A stretch of DNA of 64,000 nt from a virus. Within the stretch, counting starts at the first letter, position 1; every line of letters starts with the position of its first letter. The stretch covers positions 32,001-96,000 of IMG/VR virus record IMGVR_UViG_3300045988_173816, one strand, 5' to 3'. The position numbers and the translations under genes were made by a program. Under the pieces are notes generated by a model. It was not told the origin of the DNA. It saw only the letters and a list, made by a program, of their open reading frames with translations, and did not search any database. Positions 18,901-27,511 of the stretch are shown piece after piece.

Positions 18901-20181
18901 AAAAAAGAGACTATTTACTACAAAGTGGATTCATTGTTAACTGAATTGGTTGAGTTTAAACAAAGTGGTGGAGCTACAGAAGGTAGTGATTTAACTACAT
19001 CAAACACAGTAGACCTCCGCCCAGAGTTTGCAACTAAAGAGATAAAAGCAGATGAAGTAGAAGAACCAACCTCTCTTTCTGAGGAAGAAGACACTTCCCA
19101 CTTCTCAAACCTCCATGAAGAAATTACCTCAGAACCTACCTCAGAGTTCCCAGTTTCGTCTGAGAGCGACTTAAATCAGTCAGTCGATAATTTAGAGGGT
19201 GAACCTCAAAAATGGACTAGAGAGCAATCTGAACCTTCTGAGAGCGTACAGGGGAAAATACCTAATGTAGCTGACTCTGTAAATGTTGCTTCTGCTTTAG
19301 CGAGTCAGCTAGGGGTATCCGAATCGACACTTATGTCCGTTTTGCAGTCTGCTTTTGGTTTACAAGGTTCTAGCATTCCTAAAGTAGACACGATTGTGTC
19401 TACTGAAGAATTAAACGATAGAACGACAATGAGTCGAGTTGCTGCAAATAAAGCAGATGAAAGCAAGTTGCTCATTCAAAACGACCAAGACTTGAGAGAA
19501 TACTTGTTAGAAGACATTTACACTTACTTTGGAGATTGGAGTCGCGTTCGTAAGATTGAAATTATTGGTCGTCAGTTGTACTTCAATGGTTTGCTTTATG
19601 AACCAGAGAAAGAGGGTATCCAATTTAGCCCAGAAGTTTCTCCATATTCTATTTCCTTGTGGGATAGTGATGGGTTTGGGGAATTGTTTGATTGGAAATT
19701 GATTAGACAGTATTTAAATCCAACTTCTTTGGTATTTGACTCTATGGATTATGCTTATAGAGAGTTTGACCTTATGGAGTCAAGTAGTTCTAAAGCAGTT
19801 GTAGAAACTGCGTTTAAGCGTTATTCTATGTTGCAAGACTTACAAGTAGGTACATATACTTTTACAAGAGCAGAAGTTGAGGAAATGATACTTGAAAGAC
19901 AACCATTCCTATCAAGTTATGACCGCAGACAACAAGTTTTCCGTAGAGGAAATAGCAAAGGTAAGTCTTTCCGTCAAAAACGTTGGCAGAAAGCAAGAGA
20001 ACACATGGCTGAGGGGCATACAGGTCGAGCAGTAGCTTCGGCTTTAGGTGCTGGTCTTGGGGTTGGTTTCCAAGGAGCAAGTCATGTAGGTGGTTTCTTC
20101 AATAAGGCAGCTAGGGTATTCCGCCAAGCAGGTTCTTCTGTTGCTGAGAATTGGAAGGAAGCCGATAAGTCGAAACACTAA
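15925..20181 (+). CDS. 1418-aa P-loop NTPase with VirD4/TraG-like Walker A
   Basis: YWAGSRSGKGVSISNGL...DGKPD resembles the coupling-protein motif PTRSGKGVG..DPKGE. GILGIFDEV sits at the Walker B position. No N-terminal TM segments. Gly-rich C-terminus. Confidence 0.55.
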   Translation: MMSVSKVQDQMEKISNQLGLGLDNQQIVDVVYSSVEELVENGLEGSDEVVYFYATCMLACAFGQLSLDRKESGFTFGFSDLKPIYTQLESELAVHSVENQLKNQLAVSDLRSTSLRELKAEQLEYFLIDDIATVSKALDLEFDPTSVSTEVKDSLVSVEDETFARKIKALKSSSKLNADVVSLVDSLLDIYDFAFEAGYELDKYEGVVVGLPDLPMVIIQGEQAVQPNYTASYYAGEAMFSPLRSISVNTSRQVDLKEIVESSKPIYYPYKMLEFALSRKVTVQKDDLNFPSVPMKWKGSDGQREAIKDYLTKRAWEYLVLVCDTYQDGYFWSDKVAYFGKGATRPITPTDNQVFKEYLAKFKATFSTFSILKNHVGMMEDEKWASAEWVVSAPISELQNSEFNHSSALYTDVFEYGGDFEVPLVRDFKDVRVSHYTHIAKPEIAESEPLFAYKALESLQRKGEKLTYGYQLLGKGLDGRILTASNDMTAAVNAGAKLVLTYWAGSRSGKGVSISNGLAVSIANGRPVFGGDGKPDTMVPYYIAFGGADENGIPKGYFIQAGVFNKSAMPVVNNISEQLDWDNNSTIMGWFDKSIPKWFSGVSSSQKRYTGAWGDMAFYRHMLLVMGIVSLRATVKASDVALYEKLGGDEGILGIFDEVTNWSNLFGSKALSSNGGWFQSIMSDPELEEFVDLGQNYLGGLLKEQATRKFERTLDDKAGELRNRAYLRDLYDKLDESMQLLNKLKKAGFQNEESLRSSIYLVGQSFNMGGFDKLPRNKGNDASSFKAACDYKNGVVDPWLYTLLNLDTGFMVGYKGTEKSQYWSSQNGSDSKRYLTSSSRRFAYFGSVDFPTIRDENPQNKGLARSVNSQMEGGAVYFKPYLILGDSQGSCVTQLEKNLGSKAESIKSRNSNPNNPNEWDERIGVLGYLKALGSSDISKSFVRAREIADLVVAQMGYEGSYLEFLLDLRPEWNFSCEDVVMAFTNQDAYLAKKKETIYYKVDSLLTELVEFKQSGGATEGSDLTTSNTVDLRPEFATKEIKADEVEEPTSLSEEEDTSHFSNLHEEITSEPTSEFPVSSESDLNQSVDNLEGEPQKWTREQSEPSESVQGKIPNVADSVNVASALASQLGVSESTLMSVLQSAFGLQGSSIPKVDTIVSTEELNDRTTMSRVAANKADESKLLIQNDQDLREYLLEDIYTYFGDWSRVRKIEIIGRQLYFNGLLYEPEKEGIQFSPEVSPYSISLWDSDGFGELFDWKLIRQYLNPTSLVFDSMDYAYREFDLMESSSSKAVVETAFKRYSMLQDLQVGTYTFTRAEVEEMILERQPFLSSYDRRQQVFRRGNSKGKSFRQKRWQKAREHMAEGHTGRAVASALGAGLGVGFQGASHVGGFFNKAARVFRQAGSSVAENWKEADKSKH

Positions 20182-20187
20182 GAGATG

Positions 20188-20216
20188 AAAGAGAACTTAG
20201 GTTCTCTTTTGTTTTT
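20188..20216 (+). terminator. rho-independent terminator
   Basis: Stem AAAGAGAAC-ttag-GTTCTCTTT followed by a T-rich tail. Confidence 0.65.
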
Positions 20217-20218
20217 CC

Positions 20219-20247
20219 TTGACAATAGCATAGAATTTTGATATAAT
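20219..20247 (+). promoter_or_regulatory. sigma-A promoter with extended -10
   Basis: TTGACA, 17-bp spacer, TGaTATAAT (TATAAT at 20242-20247), then AAAAGAAA. Confidence 0.7.
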
Positions 20248-20278
20248 AAAAGAAAATAAAAGCAAAAGGATTAAAAAG

Positions 20279-20344
20279 ATGAAAGAACTAAGAGAGCGAG
20301 TTGAACTTAACACTGAAACACTTCCTATGTTGTTAAGTAAGTAG
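20279..20344 (+). CDS. possible 21-aa leader peptide
   Basis: ATG after AAAGGA, ending at TAG 20342-20344. The same frame stays open for a further 56 codons (see findings). Confidence 0.25.
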   Translation: MKELRERVELNTETLPMLLSK

Positions 20345-20398
20345 TATCGATTTCAAAATCAAGTCCTTGTAAAACTTGAAGGGGGAGTTATTTTAGAG

Positions 20399-20515
20399 AT
20401 GCTTGAGCTTGTTGACTTAAATGACTTTTTAGTTACCAAAGGGTATCCTTATGTAACTGTGGTTTCCAAAAGCTACGGTTATGAGTTAGAAGTTCCAACT
20501 TCGATAGAAAGATAG
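20399..20515 (+). CDS. possible 38-aa protein
   Basis: ATG 12 nt after GGGGGAG. Same frame as the 20279 ORF. Below the track cutoff. Confidence 0.3.
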   Translation: MLELVDLNDFLVTKGYPYVTVVSKSYGYELEVPTSIER

Positions 20516-20522
20516 GCTTGTT

Positions 20523-20978
20523 ATGTTAATTTTAAAATCAGGCATTACAAAAGCTCCCAAACTAAAAGGGGTATCCTTAGTTTCTGCTTGCGGTTTGTCT
20601 TTGCGTTTCTCGTCTAAAGAGAATTTAACTAGAGTGGACTCTTTTATTGAATATAGAGCTTCTGATATTTCTAAGGTTTGTTTGAATAAACCAGAGGCTT
20701 ATTTCCATAATTATGATTTATATGACTTTGCGAAACATCTTGCAATTCTACTAAACAAAGGGGTTCACATTGAGATTTCTGTTCATACTGATGAACTGGT
20801 AAATATAGTTGGTAGAATGATTGGAGATGGGCTTATTTCAGAGGATTTGGTTGAGTTGCAGTTAGAAGTCTCACCTATGGCTTTGGAGGGTCGAGGTGAA
20901 ATTGACCTTATCCACTATGATTCTGAGGGGTATTTGAAAGAGCCTTACGGAGTTGGTTACTTTACGCCTAGATGTTAG
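20523..20978 (+). CDS. hypothetical protein
   Basis: 151-codon ORF, co-directional. No motif recognised. Confidence 0.5.
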   Translation: MLILKSGITKAPKLKGVSLVSACGLSLRFSSKENLTRVDSFIEYRASDISKVCLNKPEAYFHNYDLYDFAKHLAILLNKGVHIEISVHTDELVNIVGRMIGDGLISEDLVELQLEVSPMALEGRGEIDLIHYDSEGYLKEPYGVGYFTPRC

Positions 20979-21265
20979 AAAGTGGTGCTATTATGGTTAC
21001 TGTAGAAGAAATTGAACAGTTCGTAGTTGGACAGTTGTACTACACGGATATTCAGAGAGTTCAAAACACTTTGGAAGTAGTTTTCAAGCGAGAAAACGGT
21101 GAGTATGTTGTACTCATAACAGTAGTTGACGGTATTGCCAAGGTAGTTGAGACTTATTTCTCAAGAGAACTTGCTGGGGATATTTCCAAGGTTCGCAGAT
21201 ATAAGTCTTTTAAGCGATTGCAGTCGTTTTTGCGATTGTTTAGTGAAGGTTGCATAACAAAATAA
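20972..21265 (+). CDS. hypothetical protein
   Basis: 97-codon ORF overlapping the previous stop. An alternative ATG lies at 20993. Confidence 0.5.
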   Translation: MLESGAIMVTVEEIEQFVVGQLYYTDIQRVQNTLEVVFKRENGEYVVLITVVDGIAKVVETYFSRELAGDISKVRRYKSFKRLQSFLRLFSEGCITK

Positions 21266-21286
21266 TTAGTAAGGTAGGTAAAAGAA

Positions 21287-21565
21287 ATGACTGTAGCAGA
21301 ACTAGTCCAAAAGATTTTTGACGAACCTGACTTTGAAAACGATGGTAATTGTTCTGATTTCAGATTGGAGCGTATATCTGACACACTTAGTGTGCGTCTT
21401 GTTGAACGAGACTCTGACTTTATAGTACTTGAAGTCTTAAATAGAGTTAATAGAATTGGTAAAATTAAGCGTACTCACGAATTAAAAACGATTGAAGAAT
21501 TGGAATTGCATTTACGAAACATTCGAAAAGAGTATCCTAGTTTTAGGTTCCATTCTCGGTTTTGA
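21287..21565 (+). CDS. hypothetical protein
   Basis: 92-codon ORF with RBS AGGTAGG upstream. Confidence 0.5.
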   Translation: MTVAELVQKIFDEPDFENDGNCSDFRLERISDTLSVRLVERDSDFIVLEVLNRVNRIGKIKRTHELKTIEELELHLRNIRKEYPSFRFHSRF

Positions 21566-21583
21566 GTTTAGTTAGGAGACTTC

Positions 21584-23014
21584 ATGTTCGACAAATTAAG
21601 AAACTTAATCAAAGGACAACCTTCCTTTGATTTGTCTCTTTCTCGGAACTACACGGAAAAGGAATTACAAAATATTGCGTTACTCCTTAAAGATAACCCA
21701 GATCGACAAAGAGAATTTGAAAACCTTTATACTCAGTTTGGGATTGATACAGAGAACTTGAATTTGTTTCAACAAAATGCTGCAAAAGTGATTGATAAAT
21801 TAGATAAGTTTGTTTCTTTGTCTAAGAGTGCAGAGAATTTAGTTGAGCAATTAGTTGAAGAATTAGTTTCTCAAACAGTTATTTGGGACTCTACAAAAGG
21901 AGAGGTTTTACCTTCTCCTAAACCAGTGCGATATCTAGCAGATGCGAAAACTCTCGTTTCCTTGCAAGAGCAAGGTGTTCAGTTTAGTGGGTATATGTGT
22001 AAGACAGATATACCAGAGTCAAGCTCTAAAGTTCTTCTAAGTCAATACAACTCGTATGTAAAGACTGGGAACAAACTTTTCTATGACTTATTTAGACAAG
22101 GGTTGGACATTTTAGATTTAGACCCTTTTGTATATGAGTTATTAAACCACGACCCAAACACAATGTCAAATTGGCTCTTTGCGATTAAAGAGGTTGTAGA
22201 TAAAACTCAGTTCTTCAAAATTCCAAAGACTCGTATCATAAAAGTACCTTTAGCTTTATTACAAAGTACACGTGTATACGAGTTTCAAGATTTAAACCCT
22301 TTAAGTTTGGAGATTATTAACCGTTTTGCTATGAAGGTTTTTGATTTAGACTTGGAAAAAGATTACTTTATCAAAACAGGTACGTTCTCGTCTAAGTTTG
22401 ACTTTAGAAACGCCAAAGTTACCAAAGGTCAAGAAGTTTCAGAGCTAGGTTCGTACTTGTGGTTTATTCAACACCAAGCAAGTCAGTTCGCTTCTCCATT
22501 AAATAATAAAGTGGTTTATGGTGTTTCTTCAAACAATGAATGGGTGGTTCGTGAATTTATTGAGGATAAAGAAGACAATCCTACAATTTACAATGGTTTA
22601 CCTTTGCACACCGAATACCGAGTGTTTGTAGACTTTGATACAAAAGAGATTATCGGTATCTCCCCGTACTGGGAACCCTCAGTTATGAAAGAACACTTCT
22701 TAGACTTAGGTAGTTTAAATGATGTTCAAAAACAACACGATTACATCAACTACATCAACCATGAAGAAACTTTAATGAAACGCTACGAAGATAACAAAGA
22801 CCTAGTGGTATCCGAAGTTACCAAGTTGCTCAAAGATTGTAAATTGAATGGTCAATGGTCTATAGATATCATGCAAAATGGGTCTGATTTTTGGTTAATT
22901 GATATGGCCAGAGCTTCTGAGTCTGCTTTGTCAGAGTGCGTACCAAAGGAAAAATTAAAACAAGCACCGTTGCCTTTTATGATTGAAGATAGGTTGCTTG
23001 AACTAGGAGATTAA
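21584..23014 (+). CDS. ATP-grasp-like enzyme
   Basis: C-terminal half has ATP-grasp-type strands: YFIKTGTFSSKF, EWVVREFI, HTEYRVFVDFDTKEIIG, WSIDIMQNGSDFWLIDMA. Confidence 0.5.
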   Translation: MFDKLRNLIKGQPSFDLSLSRNYTEKELQNIALLLKDNPDRQREFENLYTQFGIDTENLNLFQQNAAKVIDKLDKFVSLSKSAENLVEQLVEELVSQTVIWDSTKGEVLPSPKPVRYLADAKTLVSLQEQGVQFSGYMCKTDIPESSSKVLLSQYNSYVKTGNKLFYDLFRQGLDILDLDPFVYELLNHDPNTMSNWLFAIKEVVDKTQFFKIPKTRIIKVPLALLQSTRVYEFQDLNPLSLEIINRFAMKVFDLDLEKDYFIKTGTFSSKFDFRNAKVTKGQEVSELGSYLWFIQHQASQFASPLNNKVVYGVSSNNEWVVREFIEDKEDNPTIYNGLPLHTEYRVFVDFDTKEIIGISPYWEPSVMKEHFLDLGSLNDVQKQHDYINYINHEETLMKRYEDNKDLVVSEVTKLLKDCKLNGQWSIDIMQNGSDFWLIDMARASESALSECVPKEKLKQAPLPFMIEDRLLELGD

Positions 23015-23016
23015 AC

Positions 23017-23397
23017 ATGTTACATCGAATTGAAATTTTTAAGGAGCCATACTCCCTCGCAAAAGATAACAACTCAGATTTCAAATTAAAGTTGCTACAA
23101 ACTATTGAAAGTGAACACTTATCTACAGTTGTTGATTTCGGTATCGACTTCATGCGCTCAGAGTTTGAGTTTGCTGATTTGAGTGCTGATGATATAACTG
23201 TAGGTAGTTTTATATGTTCTGATCCAAGTGGCTCGGATAATTCTGTAAAAGAAGATGCTTTAAGGCTACTATATCAATACTTAGTAGGAGATTTGTACTC
23301 TTTCATTCTCATTACTTTTTATGATAAGAGGGTTTGGTCTAAGGTTTCTTATATTGTCAAATATGAAGAACTGATTTCTGAGGAAGTAGGTGACTAA
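23017..23397 (+). CDS. hypothetical protein
   Basis: 126-codon ORF starting 2 nt after the previous stop. Confidence 0.5.
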   Translation: MLHRIEIFKEPYSLAKDNNSDFKLKLLQTIESEHLSTVVDFGIDFMRSEFEFADLSADDITVGSFICSDPSGSDNSVKEDALRLLYQYLVGDLYSFILITFYDKRVWSKVSYIVKYEELISEEVGD

Positions 23398-23399
23398 CT

Positions 23400-23630
23400 G
23401 TGGTTTCCAAAGAAAGAAAATTTCTAAAGACGGTTGACTTATATTCTAGGGTAGTTGATGCAGGTTTAACTTGGGGTTTTACAGATTATGAAGAAGTTGC
23501 TGAACACAAGCGGTTAACGGGGTTGTTTGCAACTCAAATTAGTCGCCAAAATCTTTGTACAAAGAGAAACCAAAAGAGTACACTCGGTATCTCTCGCAGA
23601 TTTTTGCTTATGTTTTTGGTTATTTGTTAG
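23400..23630 (+). CDS. hypothetical protein (3' end doubtful)
   Basis: GTG ORF. Its last 25 or so codons overlap the next ORF in another frame and look non-protein-like. Confidence 0.35.
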   Translation: MVSKERKFLKTVDLYSRVVDAGLTWGFTDYEEVAEHKRLTGLFATQISRQNLCTKRNQKSTLGISRRFLLMFLVIC

Positions 23631-23890
23631 CTTTTTTGCTTGCTTTTGTTACTGCTTTTAGTATTGTTTACCTTTTTCTGATACACTCTGAATATTGTGT
23701 AGACAGTAGATTAGTTCAAATGCCTATTATATTTTCAGTTGCATATATTCTATTTTTGTCTTTTATTTTAGAGATGACTTACACTGATATTTATATGTGG
23801 TGGTTTAGGAAAACTTCTTTAAGCAAGAGAATTAGTGATGTTTTACATTTTGGTTATTTAGATTCCATTGACAAACCTAAGGTTTTATGA
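23555..23890 (+). CDS. small membrane protein
   Basis: Two to three hydrophobic segments (FAYVFGYLLAFLLAFVTAFSIVYLFLI; IIFSVAYILFLSFILE). TTG start without a clear RBS. Confidence 0.45.
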   Translation: MYKEKPKEYTRYLSQIFAYVFGYLLAFLLAFVTAFSIVYLFLIHSEYCVDSRLVQMPIIFSVAYILFLSFILEMTYTDIYMWWFRKTSLSKRISDVLHFGYLDSIDKPKVL

Positions 23891-23934
23891 TATAATTTTT
23901 AATTATAATAGAAAGATTTTGAAAGGTAATTTTT

Positions 23935-24576
23935 ATGAAATTGTTTAAAGATAGGTCTTACTCTGAGTTACTTGTAAAATATCAAGCGTTGCTAACTGAT
24001 AATAGTGCTTTGAATGCAGAGCGTAAAAAACTTGAACAGTTAACGGAGTTGATTAAACCAGAGGTTGAAAAAGCCAAAGAACTTGATATGATTGAGTTTA
24101 CAGTTGATGTAACTGATGTAAAAACTATGGAGTATGATTACTTGGGTATCATTATGGGGAAACTAGAAAGTCCTTATATTTACTGTAAGTATTTCAAGGT
24201 AAAGGATCGATTGTACTTGACTTGTGCTAAAGAGAAGTTTAAAGCTTATAAGCGATTAAGTCACTTGGAAAATTGGATGCTTCTATTCTCTGCTTTAATT
24301 GCATTGACAATTAGTCCTTTAGTTCATTGGATTATTGTTTGGTTGTTTAGAGGGTACTATGACACTTCTATACCTTATCCATTTACCGACTGGAATGCTA
24401 CTGTTACAGGTGAGCAAATAGGTACTTACATCAGTACTCATGGGTTTGTACCAGCTTTTACTTTCTTAGTAAGTGTAATAATCGGCATGCTTTCCGTATT
24501 GATTTTTACTCGTTACAGTAAGTTTAGTCCTTACAATAAGGATTTAATTTACTGGTCAAATGTTAAGAAAAACTAA
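23935..24576 (+). CDS. membrane protein with N-terminal coiled coil
   Basis: 213-codon ORF with two C-terminal TM-like segments. Confidence 0.55.
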   Translation: MKLFKDRSYSELLVKYQALLTDNSALNAERKKLEQLTELIKPEVEKAKELDMIEFTVDVTDVKTMEYDYLGIIMGKLESPYIYCKYFKVKDRLYLTCAKEKFKAYKRLSHLENWMLLFSALIALTISPLVHWIIVWLFRGYYDTSIPYPFTDWNATVTGEQIGTYISTHGFVPAFTFLVSVIIGMLSVLIFTRYSKFSPYNKDLIYWSNVKKN

Positions 24577-24579
24577 TAA

Positions 24580-24602
24580 AAAGAGCAGTTTTGCTCTTTT
24601 TA
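24580..24602 (+). terminator. rho-independent terminator
   Basis: Stem AAGAGCA-gttt-TGCTCTT followed by TTTT. Confidence 0.65.
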
Positions 24603-24604
24603 TG

Positions 24605-24633
24605 TTGACTTTTTCTTTTTATTTTGATATAAT
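24605..24633 (+). promoter_or_regulatory. sigma-A promoter with extended -10
   Basis: TTGACT, 17-bp spacer, TGaTATAAT (TATAAT at 24628-24633), then AAAGGAAA. Confidence 0.7.
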
Positions 24634-24654
24634 AAAGGAAATAGAAAAGAGGTT

Positions 24655-25005
24655 TTGGGTATGGTCGTTTTAAGTACAAATCATATAAACAAACTGACTA
24701 CTTTGATTGAAGATAATCCTTTAGTTAAAACGTTTTCTGATGTAGAGCTGGTACTTACGCATTTATATGGTTCCAGTTACTTTTCTGAAGTTTCTAGTGA
24801 GATAGTGTCTCCAAAAGTTCAACTTGTGGGTATAGATACGGAGCCAACACCAGAGGTTTTGGTTGTTAAAACTTATAAGATTGACTTTGAGTCACAAACG
24901 TTTAGTATTAAAGTTGAGCAATTTGTTAGTGGTGGTGTCGGTAGGTTTTTATTGAACTTTATCTATGAAGAGGGTTCTGGAACTTACGTAACCACCTTGT
25001 TGTAA
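24655..25005 (+). CDS. hypothetical protein
   Basis: 116-codon ORF downstream of the promoter cassette. Confidence 0.5.
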   Translation: MGMVVLSTNHINKLTTLIEDNPLVKTFSDVELVLTHLYGSSYFSEVSSEIVSPKVQLVGIDTEPTPEVLVVKTYKIDFESQTFSIKVEQFVSGGVGRFLLNFIYEEGSGTYVTTLL

Positions 25006-25036
25006 GGGTATCAACGTTATTTAGGGGGTTAAAGGT

Positions 25037-25366
25037 GTGAAACTATATGCAATTTACTTAAATTTTGTGGATAACTTAGTTGGTACTTATAGCGCGAGAC
25101 ATTGTGTTTGTTTATCTACGGATAGAACGGTAATGGAGTATTTAGGTAGAAAGTACTTAAAGCGCACAAATAAAGATTGTTTTCCACAACAAATTTATAC
25201 TTTTGAGACTCTTGATTGGGATGAATTACAGGAGAAATTTGATTTAACACCACAACAAGTTCAATATTTTCTAAATCGTATGGATGATAAGATGATTGTA
25301 AGCGAGTTTGAGATGAACAACTACGATTTTAGTCTTGCTAAGCTTATAGCTCATTATGTTGATTGA
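25037..25366 (+). CDS. hypothetical protein
   Basis: 109-codon GTG ORF after GGGGG/AAAGG. Confidence 0.5.
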   Translation: MKLYAIYLNFVDNLVGTYSARHCVCLSTDRTVMEYLGRKYLKRTNKDCFPQQIYTFETLDWDELQEKFDLTPQQVQYFLNRMDDKMIVSEFEMNNYDFSLAKLIAHYVD

Positions 25367-25379
25367 GAGGGTTTAGCTT

Positions 25380-25790
25380 ATGTGTAAGAAACGTTTGATT
25401 TTAGCTAGTTATTCATTGATTTACCTTAGTGTATTTAGTTTTACTTATTGGCTCACGTGGTTACAGGTTAGTCAAACAGAGGTAACTAATTTAGGTAAAC
25501 TCTTACTTATATTAGGTGTATTAACTAATTTTATTGTAATACCGTTTATGCTTGATGATTCTTATTTTGAGGGGTTGCTTGGCTCTTTTTCTCAAGAAGT
25601 ACAAAGTAAGTATAGGATTTACACTAATTATTTAGATAAAGTTTCATTGATTTTGTTTATTGGGTTGGGGGCATCTCTCTTCTTTGGAGAGTTTATTTAT
25701 GTACTCTTAACTAAGATTTTATTTTATGTTGCTTTAGGTTTTTATTTAAGTTCAAGCGCAGTAATTCTGCTAGTTTTAAGTCGAAAATAA
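25380..25790 (+). CDS. polytopic membrane protein
   Basis: Four hydrophobic segments across 136 aa. Confidence 0.55.
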   Translation: MCKKRLILASYSLIYLSVFSFTYWLTWLQVSQTEVTNLGKLLLILGVLTNFIVIPFMLDDSYFEGLLGSFSQEVQSKYRIYTNYLDKVSLILFIGLGASLFFGEFIYVLLTKILFYVALGFYLSSSAVILLVLSRK

Positions 25791-25814
25791 TTTGAAAGAT
25801 AGGGGTTAACATAA

Positions 25815-25946
25815 ATGAATGAAGGTTATGTTGTAGTTGAGTGCCTTGTTTGTGGTAAAACAGAACAGGTTCCTATGTTTACGGGTGATACAGTAGAAGA
25901 TTTATACTGTTCAAGGTGTGAGTCTAAGGATATTGAGGTTTGGTAA
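25815..25946 (+). CDS. 43-aa zinc-ribbon protein
   Basis: MNEGYVVVECLVCGK...YCSRCES has two CxxC pairs. Fills the gap between ORFs. Below the track cutoff. Confidence 0.4.
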   Translation: MNEGYVVVECLVCGKTEQVPMFTGDTVEDLYCSRCESKDIEVW

Positions 25947-25958
25947 AAGGAGTGGAGA

Positions 25959-26186
25959 GTGAATTTAGCAGTAAGTTTTTATAAATCTTTGAACTTCGGT
26001 AGGCGGGTTCAAATTATTCGGACTTTAGTACTGATTCAAGTACTTGGGTTTCAATTGATTTGGTATTTTGCAGCTACTCAATCAGTTCGTTTCTATTTAG
26101 AAACTTGGGTAGGTGCTTCATGGTTTGTAGTAATCGCTTTGTTGCTAGTAGAGATTGCTTATGAGGTAAAAACCTATGACGATTAA
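25959..26186 (+). CDS. small membrane protein
   Basis: 75-codon GTG ORF with two hydrophobic segments. Confidence 0.45.
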   Translation: MNLAVSFYKSLNFGRRVQIIRTLVLIQVLGFQLIWYFAATQSVRFYLETWVGASWFVVIALLLVEIAYEVKTYDD

Positions 26187-26325
26187 AGAGCTACATGAAC
26201 TTGCGGTATCTTTGAAAATTGAGGATTTTGAGATTTACGCTAGGGGTAATGATGGCGACTTTTCTTGTTTTTATGACTTAGATTATGATAAGTCTGGAAC
26301 AAATAAAGAAGTCTATTTATATTAA
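26176..26325 (+). CDS. possible 49-aa protein
   Basis: ATG ORF MTIKELHELAVSLKIEDFEIY... overlaps the previous stop by 11 nt. Below the track cutoff. Confidence 0.3.
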   Translation: MTIKELHELAVSLKIEDFEIYARGNDGDFSCFYDLDYDKSGTNKEVYLY

Positions 26326-26338
26326 GAAAGGAATAAAA

Positions 26339-26584
26339 ATGAAATTTAACCAAACACCTACCGTTATCGGTATTATAGACTTTGACTTTCCTACGCAAGA
26401 TAGCGTAGAGAATACTGTTACTGCATTTTATCATAGTAAAGTAGGTGTTATTTTACCTAATGGTAAGATTTTAACAAGTACGGTTGAAAGTTTGTACGTT
26501 CAAACGGAAACAGGTTTAACGTTCTTTTGGACAGCTCACAAAGACAAGCGTTACATCAGACGTAGTTTCAAGTCTTATCGTTAA
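26339..26584 (+). CDS. hypothetical protein
   Basis: ATG 26339 after AAGAAAGGAA is preferred over the track start 26285. Confidence 0.45.
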   Translation: MKFNQTPTVIGIIDFDFPTQDSVENTVTAFYHSKVGVILPNGKILTSTVESLYVQTETGLTFFWTAHKDKRYIRRSFKSYR

Positions 26585-26616
26585 AACACCTAGCGGTATC
26601 TTATAAAATCAATAAA

Positions 26617-26646
26617 AGTCAAGGTTAAACCTTGACTTTTTATTTT
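26617..26646 (+). terminator. rho-independent terminator
   Basis: Stem AGTCAAGG-ttaaa-CCTTGACT followed by TTTT. The 3' arm doubles as the -35 of the next promoter. Confidence 0.65.
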
Positions 26647-26660
26647 ATTTTTGATATAAT
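26632..26660 (+). promoter_or_regulatory. sigma-A promoter with extended -10
   Basis: TTGACT, 17-bp spacer, TGaTATAAT (TATAAT at 26655-26660). Confidence 0.65.
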
Positions 26661-26691
26661 AAAGATAAGAAAATGAAAGAGGTTATTCTTT

Positions 26692-27486
26692 ATGAAACAG
26701 TCATCACAGTTGGATCAAGAGATTAAAGAGCTAGAAGACAAATTAGGTTCTTTGAGAGCAGAACAACAACTATTAAAAGCACAAGAGAGTTTGGCAAGAG
26801 AGAAAGCTTCTAGTTTGCTTGAAGACGAAACTTTGAGCAATTTAATTCAAAAACTTCAGAATGAGCTAGTGAAATGTGACTTAGGTTTGGCTTTAGGTAT
26901 TGACTACAAGCGTAATTGGGTATTTATCGTTAGTGATCGAGAGTCTAAAGACGGTCTTTCTAGCTTTAAAATCTTAGACCCTAAAGATAAACGTGTATTC
27001 TTTGGTTTAGTAGAATCTTTTAACCAAACAATTACTTTTGAAGGTATCCAAACTTGGTTGCAAAGCTCCTTGAAATTGGTGGTTAGTTTATTGAAAATTA
27101 AAAACTTGATTTGTTTGAGTGGTGCAAGTTTAACTTTTAGGTCTTATGATAATGTTTTGGATAACCTACACTTTACTCTAAATGGTTTAGATTTAGTAGC
27201 TTATGAGTGTGTACTAACAGTAAAAAGACCATATACATTAGTTATGACTCGGTTGTTGAACTATGACTCTGAATTTTCAGATATTTATTTCTTAGGTGAT
27301 GGGGTATCGCTCCAAACACGGGCTAACTTCTACAATATTCATGATGACGGTTACCTCGGAAATTTTGAACAAAGATTATCTGTACATCAGTCGTTTACAA
27401 AGTTCAGCGAACTTACTAAAGTAGCAAAAGAGTTGGAAGACAAACTTATTGCATTTTATGAAGCCATAGAGATTCGATTTGAGTAG
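26692..27486 (+). CDS. hypothetical protein with N-terminal coiled coil
   Basis: 264-codon ORF with a good RBS (AAAGAGG). Confidence 0.55.
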   Translation: MKQSSQLDQEIKELEDKLGSLRAEQQLLKAQESLAREKASSLLEDETLSNLIQKLQNELVKCDLGLALGIDYKRNWVFIVSDRESKDGLSSFKILDPKDKRVFFGLVESFNQTITFEGIQTWLQSSLKLVVSLLKIKNLICLSGASLTFRSYDNVLDNLHFTLNGLDLVAYECVLTVKRPYTLVMTRLLNYDSEFSDIYFLGDGVSLQTRANFYNIHDDGYLGNFEQRLSVHQSFTKFSELTKVAKELEDKLIAFYEAIEIRFE

Positions 27487-27511
27487 AATTAACTAACAGA
27501 AAGGACTTGTA

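Noticed and set aside
23400-23890. Programmed -1 frameshift joining ORFs 23400-23630 and 23555-23890.
   Set aside because: The 76-nt overlap contains no X_XXY_YYZ slippery heptamer or downstream structure. They are more simply two genes with an over-extended first ORF or a mis-called start.
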